From: Euryarchaeota archaeon UBA62
GTDB taxonomy: Archaea > Thermoplasmatota > Poseidoniia > Poseidoniales > Thalassarchaeaceae
Assembly: GCA_002502095.1 (NCBI GenBank)
Contig: DAPJ01000005.1
Span: 156,366 to 220,365 of the forward strand
DNA length: 64,000 nt
Direction of reading: 5' to 3'
The translations under genes and the position numbers were made by a program. This document shows positions 18,686 through 27,130 of this stretch, piece after piece (within the stretch, counting starts at the first letter, position 1; every line of letters starts with the position of its first letter). The notes under the pieces are model-generated. The model was not told the DNA's origin. It worked only from the letters and a program-made list of their open reading frames with translations, and did not search any database.

Positions 18686-19519
18686 TCAACTCTTTTCCGA
18701 GTCATCATCAAGATCAACACGAGACTCTGCGTATTCGGCCATTGATTCCAGCCTCTGCATGAACCTTGATTTAGAATCTGAATCGGAAGATGAGGTAGCC
18801 TTTACCAACCAGATGCCTCCAAAGGCAACTTCCCACAGACCTAGAGAATCAGCTCTAGTCCTTCTGAAAATATAGTCCAATAGAGGGATCAATATGGTTG
18901 AAATACAGATCGCGATAAAGGCGTTCATGAAATCTCCGCCCTCTATACCGGAGCTGTCCCCTAGCATGGAAATACCGAAAAACACTCCAAGGAGGAATAT
19001 GAAGTAAGACGCTATAGTTGTGTTCTTGAGAGAGTGATAGATGAAAGTAGCATTGTCTCCTCTGGAATTAATGAATTGAGTACGTGAAATTACATTACCC
19101 ATGGAGCGGTTGAACCTTATGGGCATTACAACCATGTTGAAAATTGAGAGTAGAATAGATACTATCAGAGCTAAGGTAGTAGGAGTTTCGAGAATGGCGA
19201 AGGCAACGAATATTGCAATAATGAAGCCGAAATTGACTGCGAAATCAACGAATAGTCTCAGTGATGCTCTTGCGCTTCCCACTTCCTCATATCCATCAGG
19301 TATGATTTTGGGCTGAGATTTGGGCCTCTTCTCTCTTGGTGCCCTGGGCTTCCGAGGCTCTTTCTTCTTCTTGGCGGCGGCTTTGGCTTCCTTCTTCTTA
19401 GCACGTCTTGATTTAGTGGCAACAGGCGCTGGTTCAGCCTTAACTGGAGTGGGTTTTGTGACTACTTCTTCCTTCTTGTCTTCTTCTGAAATCTTTCCTG
19501 CTTTCTCCAATAGTCCCAT
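18686..19519 (-). CDS. RDD-family membrane protein with Lys-rich disordered N-terminus
   Basis: 277 aa. The N-terminal ~70 aa are K/A/P/E-rich (KSRRAKKKEAKAAAKKKKEPRKPRAPREKRPK). An RDD-like layout follows: RASLRLFVDFAVNFGF..., NRSMGNVISRTQFINSRGD, ...LLDYIFRR. Confidence 0.6.
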   Translation of the reverse strand: MGLLEKAGKISEEDKKEEVVTKPTPVKAEPAPVATKSRRAKKKEAKAAAKKKKEPRKPRAPREKRPKSQPKIIPDGYEEVGSARASLRLFVDFAVNFGFIIAIFVAFAILETPTTLALIVSILLSIFNMVVMPIRFNRSMGNVISRTQFINSRGDNATFIYHSLKNTTIASYFIFLLGVFFGISMLGDSSGIEGGDFMNAFIAICISTILIPLLDYIFRRTRADSLGLWEVAFGGIWLVKATSSSDSDSKSRFMQRLESMAEYAESRVDLDDDSEKS

Positions 19520-19540
19520 ATTCGCACCTCAATTATATAA

Positions 19541-20335
19541 TTATGAATAAATCTCGCCCATCTCTTGGTAAATTGCAAAACCTGGTGAAGCGACAAAGTC
19601 TCCGATCTTTTCCTCCGGAAGCTCCCCCAGTACTCTATTGATCATAGAGAAAAATTCTGCCTTGGTTTCATCATCACAGTCGCTTGGATCATCCCCCACT
19701 TCCTGGAAGAGGGGGAAGTCATCTGAGGAGACGAAGGAATTAATGAAATCCTCATCCATATCACCGAGCAGATTGTTGACGATTTCGAAGAACTGTGGGA
19801 ACAAGCCTGCTGAGTCCTCTTCAGTGTCGTTACTCTGAGCTTCTGGTTCTTCTTCGTAATCATCATCAGGGGAGGAAATTAGCTCCACGGTTGGCTTAAT
19901 TGCGAGAAGATCTTGCTGTTGCTTTTTTCTGAGTACAATAATTTCCCTGTCCAGCTCTGAGCCAAAACGATCGGAGAACCTATCCATCAGGGAACCCACT
20001 TGGCCAGAAGAAATTCTATCTATGTGGCCATACATGCTATCCCTGCTTTCTATTGTTGGGGAGTCGCTGTCAGATTTCCTCTTCTCCCAATGGCTTTGAA
20101 AATCATTCTTTGGCTCTTCATCAGTAGGATTTTCGATATCTTCAAGCTCATTTACAGATTGAGGTGTTTCGTTAGCTTCGACCGGTGGTGGGGGAACTGG
20201 GATAGGCGGGGGCGGGGGTAAACTAAGTCCCGGAGGGGGCGGTGGCAGGGGCATTCCATTGGGCCCTACCAAGGATTCTTCATCGTCCGGCATACTCGTC
20301 TCAGGTGATTTCCGGGACTCTACACTATTCAACAT
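19541..20335 (-). CDS. Hypothetical acidic protein with polyproline tracts and a tandem 33-aa C-terminal repeat
   Basis: 264 aa. It contains PLPPPPPGLSLPPPPPIPVPPPP near the N-terminus and is very D/E-rich. It carries two repeats: FFEIVNNLLGDMDEDFINSFVSSDDFPLFQEVG and FFSMINRVLGELPEEKIGDFVASPGFAIYQEMG. Confidence 0.55.
   Translation of the reverse strand: MLNSVESRKSPETSMPDDEESLVGPNGMPLPPPPPGLSLPPPPPIPVPPPPVEANETPQSVNELEDIENPTDEEPKNDFQSHWEKRKSDSDSPTIESRDSMYGHIDRISSGQVGSLMDRFSDRFGSELDREIIVLRKKQQQDLLAIKPTVELISSPDDDYEEEPEAQSNDTEEDSAGLFPQFFEIVNNLLGDMDEDFINSFVSSDDFPLFQEVGDDPSDCDDETKAEFFSMINRVLGELPEEKIGDFVASPGFAIYQEMGEIYS
20190..20218 (+). other. Canonical G-quadruplex motif (G5-N4-G3-N6-G5-N1-G5) on the strand opposite the polyproline codons
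   Basis: GGGGGaactGGGataggcGGGGGcGGGGG read directly from the sequence. Further G5 and G4 runs lie at 20235-20239 and 20248-20251. Confidence 0.6.
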
Positions 20336-20365
20336 TCTGTGATTAAGTATGCCTAAGTGCCCGCA

Positions 20366-21538
20366 TTAGTGCATGATTGCCCAACCTTTGAGCCCCAGAA
20401 AAGTTGCCATGGATTCATGAACTTCGAACACATCGCCTGAGGATCCAGAAACTTCCTGCCCGGAAATCCTAGTTGTTACATCATCAACAATTAATTCTAC
20501 TTTACAACTATTCTGGGTACTGAAAACAGACGATTCTGCCATAGCATCGAATGAGTTACTTCTTCCCGGCTCCAACCTAGAAAGTGGGAACTCTGTAACT
20601 CTAAGTCCTGATTTACCATGTAGGCTACCTACCCATCTGATAACTCTCTTGACATCTACTGTAACATTTTCATCAGTCTCCCCAACAGCTAACGGAGCTC
20701 CTTTGACCAATTCCCAAAATGCCTCATTGAGTTTCTTAGTCGTGAAGACTGGTCTACTATTATCTTCCCTCAATCTATCTATTCTTCCCCCAGAGATAGA
20801 TTCAGAGGCTAATTTCTTGATTTGTTCCTTGGAACATGAGATGTTTCTTGATTTGAGGCTTGAATGTAACTGACTTATGGATTCTATCGGGTTCTCTCCT
20901 GATGATATATCAGCCAGTTTTCCAACTACATCATCGAAACCCAAATCAATTCTTTCAGACCATCCAATTTTAGGCCCTGACATTACAGATTGAACATCGA
21001 TGCCGACGCCAGTAATGTAGTTCACTAGCTCCCTTCTGGCATTTGAGTCAAGATGCATTAGAGATGGGTCCCTGACGTGAATATGGAATCCTCTATGGCC
21101 TGAGAAAGTTGTCTGCACATATTTTTCGTCGAATCCAAACTCTGGATGAAGGAAGTCTGACCAAAGACTCCATGCCTGCTCCTGAATTTTCTCCATCATT
21201 CCCGGGAAGTCATTATCTGATACGCCCGGAAGATGGTCACCGTCGAGATCGAAGATTAAATCTGCACCTAACCAGCCCTTCTCAACCATTTTTCTTTGGC
21301 TGGGATCGTTGTAGTATGCAGTACTATGGAAACATGAATGTGGCGATCTTGTTTGTAAATACTTCAGTAGATCTACTTTAGTCGGTAGTGCTCGATGTCT
21401 GTCAGGGGGTTTAGAGCCCCAAGGAATGAACATCCACTCTCTGGAGCGAAGTCGTGGGGGCGTCCATAAATCACTAGTGGACAAGGAACGGTAGTAGTCC
21501 CCGAATCTAAGTGCATACCTGCTCCAACCGATGGCCAC
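20366..21538 (-). CDS. priS: DNA primase small (catalytic) subunit PriS
   Basis: 390 aa with the catalytic LIFDLDGDH and FSGHRGFHIHV motifs of AEP primases. Confidence 0.9.
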   Translation of the reverse strand: MAIGWSRYALRFGDYYRSLSTSDLWTPPRLRSREWMFIPWGSKPPDRHRALPTKVDLLKYLQTRSPHSCFHSTAYYNDPSQRKMVEKGWLGADLIFDLDGDHLPGVSDNDFPGMMEKIQEQAWSLWSDFLHPEFGFDEKYVQTTFSGHRGFHIHVRDPSLMHLDSNARRELVNYITGVGIDVQSVMSGPKIGWSERIDLGFDDVVGKLADISSGENPIESISQLHSSLKSRNISCSKEQIKKLASESISGGRIDRLREDNSRPVFTTKKLNEAFWELVKGAPLAVGETDENVTVDVKRVIRWVGSLHGKSGLRVTEFPLSRLEPGRSNSFDAMAESSVFSTQNSCKVELIVDDVTTRISGQEVSGSSGDVFEVHESMATFLGLKGWAIMH

Positions 21539-21575
21539 GTTACCTAGGGGGGACAGTCATTCATGAAGGTGCCCA

Positions 21576-21773
21576 TCATTCTAGTGGTAGCTTGGATGGG
21601 ACTTCTCGAGAATCAGTAGCGGAGCCCTGGCCCATCAATTCCACATATGCTTCGTAGCACACATATTTGTCATCAACAACTATGGCTTCTGAGAATGTAA
21701 TCGGCTTACCTGTGACGGAGCAAATTGGACCGAGCTGGCCTGTGGCCGTAGATAGCTTGTCGGGGTCGGGCAT
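21576..21773 (-). CDS. Hypothetical 65-aa protein upstream of priS
   Basis: ORF on the same strand, 37 nt upstream of priS. No confident motif. The coding call is weak. Confidence 0.3.
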   Translation of the reverse strand: MPDPDKLSTATGQLGPICSVTGKPITFSEAIVVDDKYVCYEAYVELMGQGSATDSREVPSKLPLE

Positions 21774-21861
21774 GACTACTCGTCAGAGTAGCGATTATTC
21801 ACTCTTACTACAGAGAGTTATGACACGGAGGAATTTTGAATCGCCTTGCACGCGGGAGTGC

Positions 21862-22719
21862 ATGAGCGATGAGACAGTGTACAGAGTTGGACACTCTCCA
21901 GACCCGGATGATGCATTCATGTTCCATGCAATGACAACAGGCGCAATAGATACTGGAGAGAGAAAATATGAACATGTCCTATTGGATATTGAGACTTTGA
22001 ACCAGCATGCAATGAATGGCGATTACGAGGTTTCCGCAGTTAGCATACACTCATTCCCCGATATTTCTGACAAGTATCATTTGATGAACTGCGGGGCTTC
22101 GATGGGAGAGGGATACGGACCAATGATAATTTCCAGAGAAGAAATGACCATAGAAGAAGCAAAAAGCAAGGTTTTCGCTATCCCGGGAGTTGGTACTAGC
22201 GCGTACTTATCACTAAGGCTGGCCCTAGGAGATGTTGATTACAAGGTAGTACCATTTGATGAGATTATGCCGTCGGTTAAGAGTGGACAGTACGATGTAG
22301 GGGTCATTATTCATGAAGGACAACTAACCTGGAAGGATGAGGGAGTCAATCTCGTTCTCGACTTAGGAATATGGTGGAATGAAAAGACTGGGCTTCCTCT
22401 ACCTTTGGGGGGCAATGTTGTAAGGAAGGATCTAGGATTGGAAATGTGTGGAAAAATTACCGATGATGTAAAAAATAGTATTGAGCATTCGCTCTCTAAC
22501 CCCGAGGACGCATTGAAATTTGCTAAGGAATGGGGGAGAGGGATTGATGATGATACAAACGAGGAATTCGTCGGCATGTATGTGAATAAAAGAACTCTTG
22601 ACTATGGGGACGATGGGAGAGAGGCTATACGATTATTCCTCAAAAAAGGTCAAGAAATAGGTATGGTCAGATCTGATTTGGAAGTGGATTCAATTGTTTT
22701 CGTTGGTTCAGGTGAATAA
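21862..22719 (+). CDS. MqnA/MqnD-family menaquinone (futalosine pathway) protein, MqnD-like
   Basis: The ORF track starts at 21667. The ATG at 21862 gives MSDETVYRVGHSPDPDDAFMFHAM, resembling the GxSPCPNDTF N-terminus of 1,4-dihydroxy-6-naphthoate synthase. The ~285-aa length fits the family. Confidence 0.7.
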   Translation: MSDETVYRVGHSPDPDDAFMFHAMTTGAIDTGERKYEHVLLDIETLNQHAMNGDYEVSAVSIHSFPDISDKYHLMNCGASMGEGYGPMIISREEMTIEEAKSKVFAIPGVGTSAYLSLRLALGDVDYKVVPFDEIMPSVKSGQYDVGVIIHEGQLTWKDEGVNLVLDLGIWWNEKTGLPLPLGGNVVRKDLGLEMCGKITDDVKNSIEHSLSNPEDALKFAKEWGRGIDDDTNEEFVGMYVNKRTLDYGDDGREAIRLFLKKGQEIGMVRSDLEVDSIVFVGSGE

Positions 22720-22721
22720 AC

Positions 22722-23201
22722 ATGAATGAGAAGAGACCCGAGGTTAGCGAATTTGATTCTGTAGATCCTGCTCCACCAAGTACTGTCAATGACGTCACTA
22801 GACTTAGAGCAACTTTGTGTGATGAGGAGGAGAAGATGTTTCAGAGAATGAGGGCCTTATTCGCACTCAGGAATATTGGTGGAAATGATTCAGTGGACGC
22901 TCTGGCGGCCGCCTTTTCATCATCATCAGCACTTTTGAAGCATGAAATAGCATACGTAATGGGCCAAATGCAGGATTCAGCGGCTGTACCTTACTTGATC
23001 GATAGGCTGGAGGATTTTGAAGAGGATGTAATGGTCAGACACGAAGCTGCAGAGGCCTTGGGGGCGATAGGGGATAGGACAGCTCTAGGAGTCTTAGAGA
23101 GATTCAAGGACGACAAAGATATCGTTGTTGCAGAGTCATGCGAAGTAGCACTAGACCTACTAGAATGGGTTTCCAGCAGAAAGTTGAATTATTCAGAATG
23201 A
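22722..23201 (+). CDS. HEAT-repeat protein resembling one half of deoxyhypusine hydroxylase (two His-Glu motifs)
   Basis: 159 aa. SD-like GGTGA lies 8 nt upstream of the ATG. Motifs: LFALRNIGG, LLKHEIAYVMGQMQD (H74-E75), VMVRHEAAEALGAIGD (H107-E108), ESCEVALDLLEW. The HE motifs are 33 residues apart, as in DOHH halves. Confidence 0.6.
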   Translation: MNEKRPEVSEFDSVDPAPPSTVNDVTRLRATLCDEEEKMFQRMRALFALRNIGGNDSVDALAAAFSSSSALLKHEIAYVMGQMQDSAAVPYLIDRLEDFEEDVMVRHEAAEALGAIGDRTALGVLERFKDDKDIVVAESCEVALDLLEWVSSRKLNYSE

Positions 23202-23992
23202 GGCTCAAGCCAGACAGGGGGCTCGAGCATCCCACATGCCTCTTTTAGAAATAATAGGAGGCCGTCGATATCATCTTGGGACATTCTATTCCTGACTTCC
23301 CCCCTAAAATATTCTTCAACCCTATCTTCAGGAAATCCTAGTTTTTTAGATGTACGGGATATTACAGAAGCTCTCCATTTTTGATTGCTTTCAAAGAGCT
23401 CTACTTGTTTGATCATTTCTGAATGTGCGTCTCTCAAAATATCCTCTGGAGAGTCTCTTCTAGCTACGAATACTCCAAAGACCATTGGTAGCCCTGTGAT
23501 TCTAGTCCATTCAGCTCCTAAATCCATTTTCACTAGTTCTGGATGGGAAATAGAAGCTAAAATTGCCCTATCGCCTATAAGAAGAGCCCCATCACATTTT
23601 TCCAGCATGATATTTATATCCGGTCCAGTCTCTATGAATTTCGGATCTAGGCCACGGTTCTTGATAATCCAACTTAGTAATACCTTGGAGGTCGACGAGT
23701 CAGTTGGTAGTGCAATATCCCTCATATTTTCTATCGGACGATTGCCGAATAGTAGTACTGAGCCAACTTCACCATTACTAACGATACCGATATCTGGAAG
23801 AAGCATCAGTGTTTCACTGTTAGATGCATAATCTGCAGATGGGATGGGAGCCGCAATACAGTCCCTTCTCATAATATGGCCAGTTAACCACGCTGGCGGT
23901 GCTGAGAGAATTGTCCATTTAGGGCTTATACCATCGAAAATAGGATCACAGTTAGAGAAAGATACCCTGCCAATTACGTCCTTCCAACTCAT
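23189..23992 (-). CDS. mqnA: Chorismate dehydratase MqnA-like (futalosine pathway)
   Basis: 267 aa. The IGRVSFSNCDPIF N-terminus and periplasmic-binding-protein-like layout fit the MqnA family. Its start abuts the stop of the radical-SAM mqn gene. Confidence 0.7.
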   Translation of the reverse strand: MSWKDVIGRVSFSNCDPIFDGISPKWTILSAPPAWLTGHIMRRDCIAAPIPSADYASNSETLMLLPDIGIVSNGEVGSVLLFGNRPIENMRDIALPTDSSTSKVLLSWIIKNRGLDPKFIETGPDINIMLEKCDGALLIGDRAILASISHPELVKMDLGAEWTRITGLPMVFGVFVARRDSPEDILRDAHSEMIKQVELFESNQKWRASVISRTSKKLGFPEDRVEEYFRGEVRNRMSQDDIDGLLLFLKEACGMLEPPVWLEPHSE

Positions 23993-25285
23993 TTAAGGAA
24001 CCTCGACTGTGATGACAGGGAGAACATGGGAGGCGTTTTCTTCTGGTAGATTGATTATCTCGAATTGTGAATAAGAGGAGTTTCGCTTTACAGGTATGGC
24101 GCCAGATGAAGTCACCATTCTTGCCAGCTGTTCAGAGCTAGTGTTGAGACTTGTCTTACTTCCAGCTTCATGCATTATTTCTTCATGACCGACTGTTCCG
24201 TCAACATCATCCGCACCACAATTAATTGCATAGGAGGCGAGTTTGTCACCAATATTCATTCTGTATGCCTTGATATGTGGTATATTGTCCAGCATTAGTC
24301 TAGAGACGGAAATCATGCGTATTATTTCCTGTCCAGTGGCGAGCTGTGCTTCGGGCAGTCTTGTTTTGTCTGGTAAGAATGGATAAGGGACAAAACACTG
24401 AAACCCGGATGATTCATCTTGTTGCTCTCTAAGTCTCAACAAATGATTGATCCTATCTTCAACGGATTCAACAGTACCGAACAACATAGTACAGTTAGTA
24501 GGAATTCCTAACGAATGGGCCACTCCATGAATTTCCAGATACTCGTCTGAAGATTCCTTGCCCATACAAATTCGATCCCTAACACTGTCTACGAGAATCT
24601 CTGCACCTCCACCTGGAAGTGAATTAAGGCCTGCCTCAGAAAGCCTAGATAGAGTCTCTGAGAAAGAAAGAGAGGACCTCGACGATAGATGCTTAATCTC
24701 TACTGCAGTTAGGGCCTTGATGTGGATATGTGGGAATTCATGTTTTAGATTTGAAAACAGTTCACAATACTCAGAAACGGTCCATATTGGGTGTAATCCT
24801 CCAACGGTATGAACTTCGTCTATTCTGGATGAGTAGGGCCTGACTCTCTCGATATACTGATCGACGTCCAATGAATAGGCATCTGGATGTCTTGGACCCT
24901 TTCTGAAAGCACAAAATCTGCAAGCAAGGACACATACATTTGTGGAGTTGACATGTAGATTCTCATTGAAAAATACGTAATCCTGAAACCTGGCCTTCTT
25001 CACCATATCGGCCAAAGAGGTGACCGAGTTAAGACTTGGATTAACCATCAGTTTCACACCCTGATCAAAGGTTAGTCGGCCTGTTGAGATAAGAGTCTTG
25101 AGACAATCTAGAGTTACATTATCTGAAGATACTGCCAATGGAATGTCCATACCCGAAAGCCTATCTCTCCAGTCCGAATTAGAAACGGCGACGGCGTCGA
25201 GTGGCATAGTAACGATTGCTGGTCGGGTATCGACATCATAAGAATTCGTCTGCCAGCATAGGGGGGTGACTCCGGAAAGCATCAT
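23993..25285 (-). CDS. Radical SAM enzyme of the MqnC/MqnE family (futalosine pathway)
   Basis: 430 aa with the CxxxCxxC cluster in NSTNVCVLACRFCAF. The C-terminal half is typical of MqnC/MqnE. I cannot separate C from E by eye. The start could instead be the internal Met at about 25150. Confidence 0.8.
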   Translation of the reverse strand: MMLSGVTPLCWQTNSYDVDTRPAIVTMPLDAVAVSNSDWRDRLSGMDIPLAVSSDNVTLDCLKTLISTGRLTFDQGVKLMVNPSLNSVTSLADMVKKARFQDYVFFNENLHVNSTNVCVLACRFCAFRKGPRHPDAYSLDVDQYIERVRPYSSRIDEVHTVGGLHPIWTVSEYCELFSNLKHEFPHIHIKALTAVEIKHLSSRSSLSFSETLSRLSEAGLNSLPGGGAEILVDSVRDRICMGKESSDEYLEIHGVAHSLGIPTNCTMLFGTVESVEDRINHLLRLREQQDESSGFQCFVPYPFLPDKTRLPEAQLATGQEIIRMISVSRLMLDNIPHIKAYRMNIGDKLASYAINCGADDVDGTVGHEEIMHEAGSKTSLNTSSEQLARMVTSSGAIPVKRNSSYSQFEIINLPEENASHVLPVITVEVP

Positions 25286-25335
25286 TAGTTAGATTTTCTA
25301 GCAGGCATGTGAATTCCGTTACCCGAACTTCATTG

Positions 25336-26145
25336 ATGGACAACGTTCAGCTAGAGGAGTTGGCTCGTCAATGCCGGAGACACATAGTAAGAATGATTCA
25401 TTCTGCTGGTGCGGGTCATCCCGGAGGGTCTCTTTCTGCGATTGATATTTTGGTTGCACTTTATGCTAATAAATTAAGATTTGACTTAGAAAATCCAGAC
25501 TGGTACGACAGGGATAGGTTTGTGATGAGCAAGGGACATGCTAGTCCTGCTGTTTACTCCATTCTTCATGAAGTTGGGTTTATTTCTGAGGAAGATATGA
25601 TGTCGTTTAGAAAAATGGGCTCTGTATGTCAAGGACATGTAGATATGAAATGGACAGATGGGGTTGATTTTTCTGCTGGTAGTTTGGGAATGGGGCTATC
25701 CTTCGGCCTTGGATGCGCCTTAGCAGCAAGGATGGATTCCAGTAATAGAGATATTTGGGTCATGGTAGGAGATGGTGAGATTCAGGAAGGGCAGTTTTGG
25801 GAGGCTGCGATGGCTGCAGATTTTCACTCAGTTGGACGACTGAATCTAATTGTCGACAGGAATCGAATACAGAATGATGATTTTGTTGAGGTTCAAATGG
25901 AAGTGGGAGATGTAGCAAAGAAGCTCTCATCCTTCGGTTGGGATGTGAAAGAAATTGACGGTCACTCAATGGAAGAAGTAGTTTCGGCAATAGAATGGTC
26001 ATCGAATAATATTGGCTCTCCAACCGCAATTATAGCGCATACCACCAAGGGAAAGGGAGTTTCATTTATGGAAAATAATCCATCATTTCACGGTAAGGCT
26101 CCGACTGATGAAGAGTTGCGAATGTCACTGGAGGAGTTGACATGA
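25336..26145 (+). CDS. Transketolase, N-terminal (TPP pyrophosphate-binding) subunit
   Basis: Motifs SAGAGHPGGSLS and VGDGEIQEGQFWEA are present. The ORF track starts at GTG 25309, and ATG 25336 is more likely. Confidence 0.9.
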   Translation: MDNVQLEELARQCRRHIVRMIHSAGAGHPGGSLSAIDILVALYANKLRFDLENPDWYDRDRFVMSKGHASPAVYSILHEVGFISEEDMMSFRKMGSVCQGHVDMKWTDGVDFSAGSLGMGLSFGLGCALAARMDSSNRDIWVMVGDGEIQEGQFWEAAMAADFHSVGRLNLIVDRNRIQNDDFVEVQMEVGDVAKKLSSFGWDVKEIDGHSMEEVVSAIEWSSNNIGSPTAIIAHTTKGKGVSFMENNPSFHGKAPTDEELRMSLEELT

Positions 26146-27083
26146 GTGCCCCCTCCAAAGGTGGAGCATCCAGAGATGGATATGGTTCGGCTCTACTCAG
26201 ATTATCCAGTGACTCCAGAGTTGTTGTATTAGAAGCAGATCTTGGAAAGTCTACGAAATCTTGTCATTTCAGGGAATTATATCCTGAAAGAACAATTTCT
26301 CTGGGAATCGCAGAGCAAAATATGGTCCTAGTGGCATCCGGTATGGCATCATCTGGGAAAATTCCGTTTGCTAGCACATTCGCAATTTTTACAGAGAGGG
26401 GATTCGAACAAGTTAGGAACGGAGTAGCCAGGCCAGGATTAGTAGTGCATTTGTGTGGGAGCCATGGAGGTGTGCACACTGGCACAGATGGCAGTAGTGC
26501 GCAATCAATAGAAGATCTAGCCCTCTATCGAACTATACCAGGAATGACAGTAATGCATCCTTGCGATGATCTATCTGCAGAAGAGCTGACAGTACAGCTT
26601 CTTAATCACGATAATCCGTCATATACGAGGACAGCAAGGAACAAAACTCCTCGAATGTACGATCAAGAAACCTGTAAGAGTTTGAAAATTGGAAAGGGCT
26701 CGGTGCTGAGAGAAGGAGGAGACGTAGCAATCATTTCATGCGGGGTGATGGTTTCTGAATCGATGAAGGCCGCTGAATACTTATCCTCCAAAGGTATTGA
26801 GGCCACGGTAGTGGATATGCACACACTCAAACCACTCGATACAGAATTGATTGACGAACTAGCAGGCAAATGCAAGGGACTGGTAACTGCGGAAGACCAT
26901 TCAGTCATTGGAGGATTGGGGAGCGCCGTTGCTGAGCATGTCTCATACAACGGTGGCACTCCTCTGAGGATGGTGGGTGTTTCAGATAGGTTTGGCGAGA
27001 GTGGAACTCCACAAGAGCTGATGGAAGCTATGGGAATAACATACGGAGATATTGCTATCTCGTGTGAATCGTTAATGTCCTGA
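26142..27083 (+). CDS. Transketolase, C-terminal (pyrimidine-binding) subunit
   Basis: 313 aa with the GIAEQNMV motif. It has a 4-nt ATGA overlap with the N-terminal subunit gene. Confidence 0.9.
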   Translation: MSAPSKGGASRDGYGSALLRLSSDSRVVVLEADLGKSTKSCHFRELYPERTISLGIAEQNMVLVASGMASSGKIPFASTFAIFTERGFEQVRNGVARPGLVVHLCGSHGGVHTGTDGSSAQSIEDLALYRTIPGMTVMHPCDDLSAEELTVQLLNHDNPSYTRTARNKTPRMYDQETCKSLKIGKGSVLREGGDVAIISCGVMVSESMKAAEYLSSKGIEATVVDMHTLKPLDTELIDELAGKCKGLVTAEDHSVIGGLGSAVAEHVSYNGGTPLRMVGVSDRFGESGTPQELMEAMGITYGDIAISCESLMS

Positions 27084-27130
27084 ATCGTAATTAAATTAAT
27101 CATTGATGGGGTTTCATTCATGAAGTATCT

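Noticed and set aside
21667-21861. 65-codon N-terminal extension of the MqnD-like ORF as given in the ORF track.
   Set aside because: The extension overlaps the divergent 65-aa ORF and is low complexity. The family-typical N-terminus (VGHSPDPDD) begins just after the ATG at 21862.
25150-25285. A ~45-residue N-terminal extension on the MqnC/E radical-SAM protein, considered as a possible extra domain.
   Set aside because: An internal Met (MDIPLAV...) would give a standard-length enzyme. The start cannot be resolved from sequence alone, so I do not report it as a feature.
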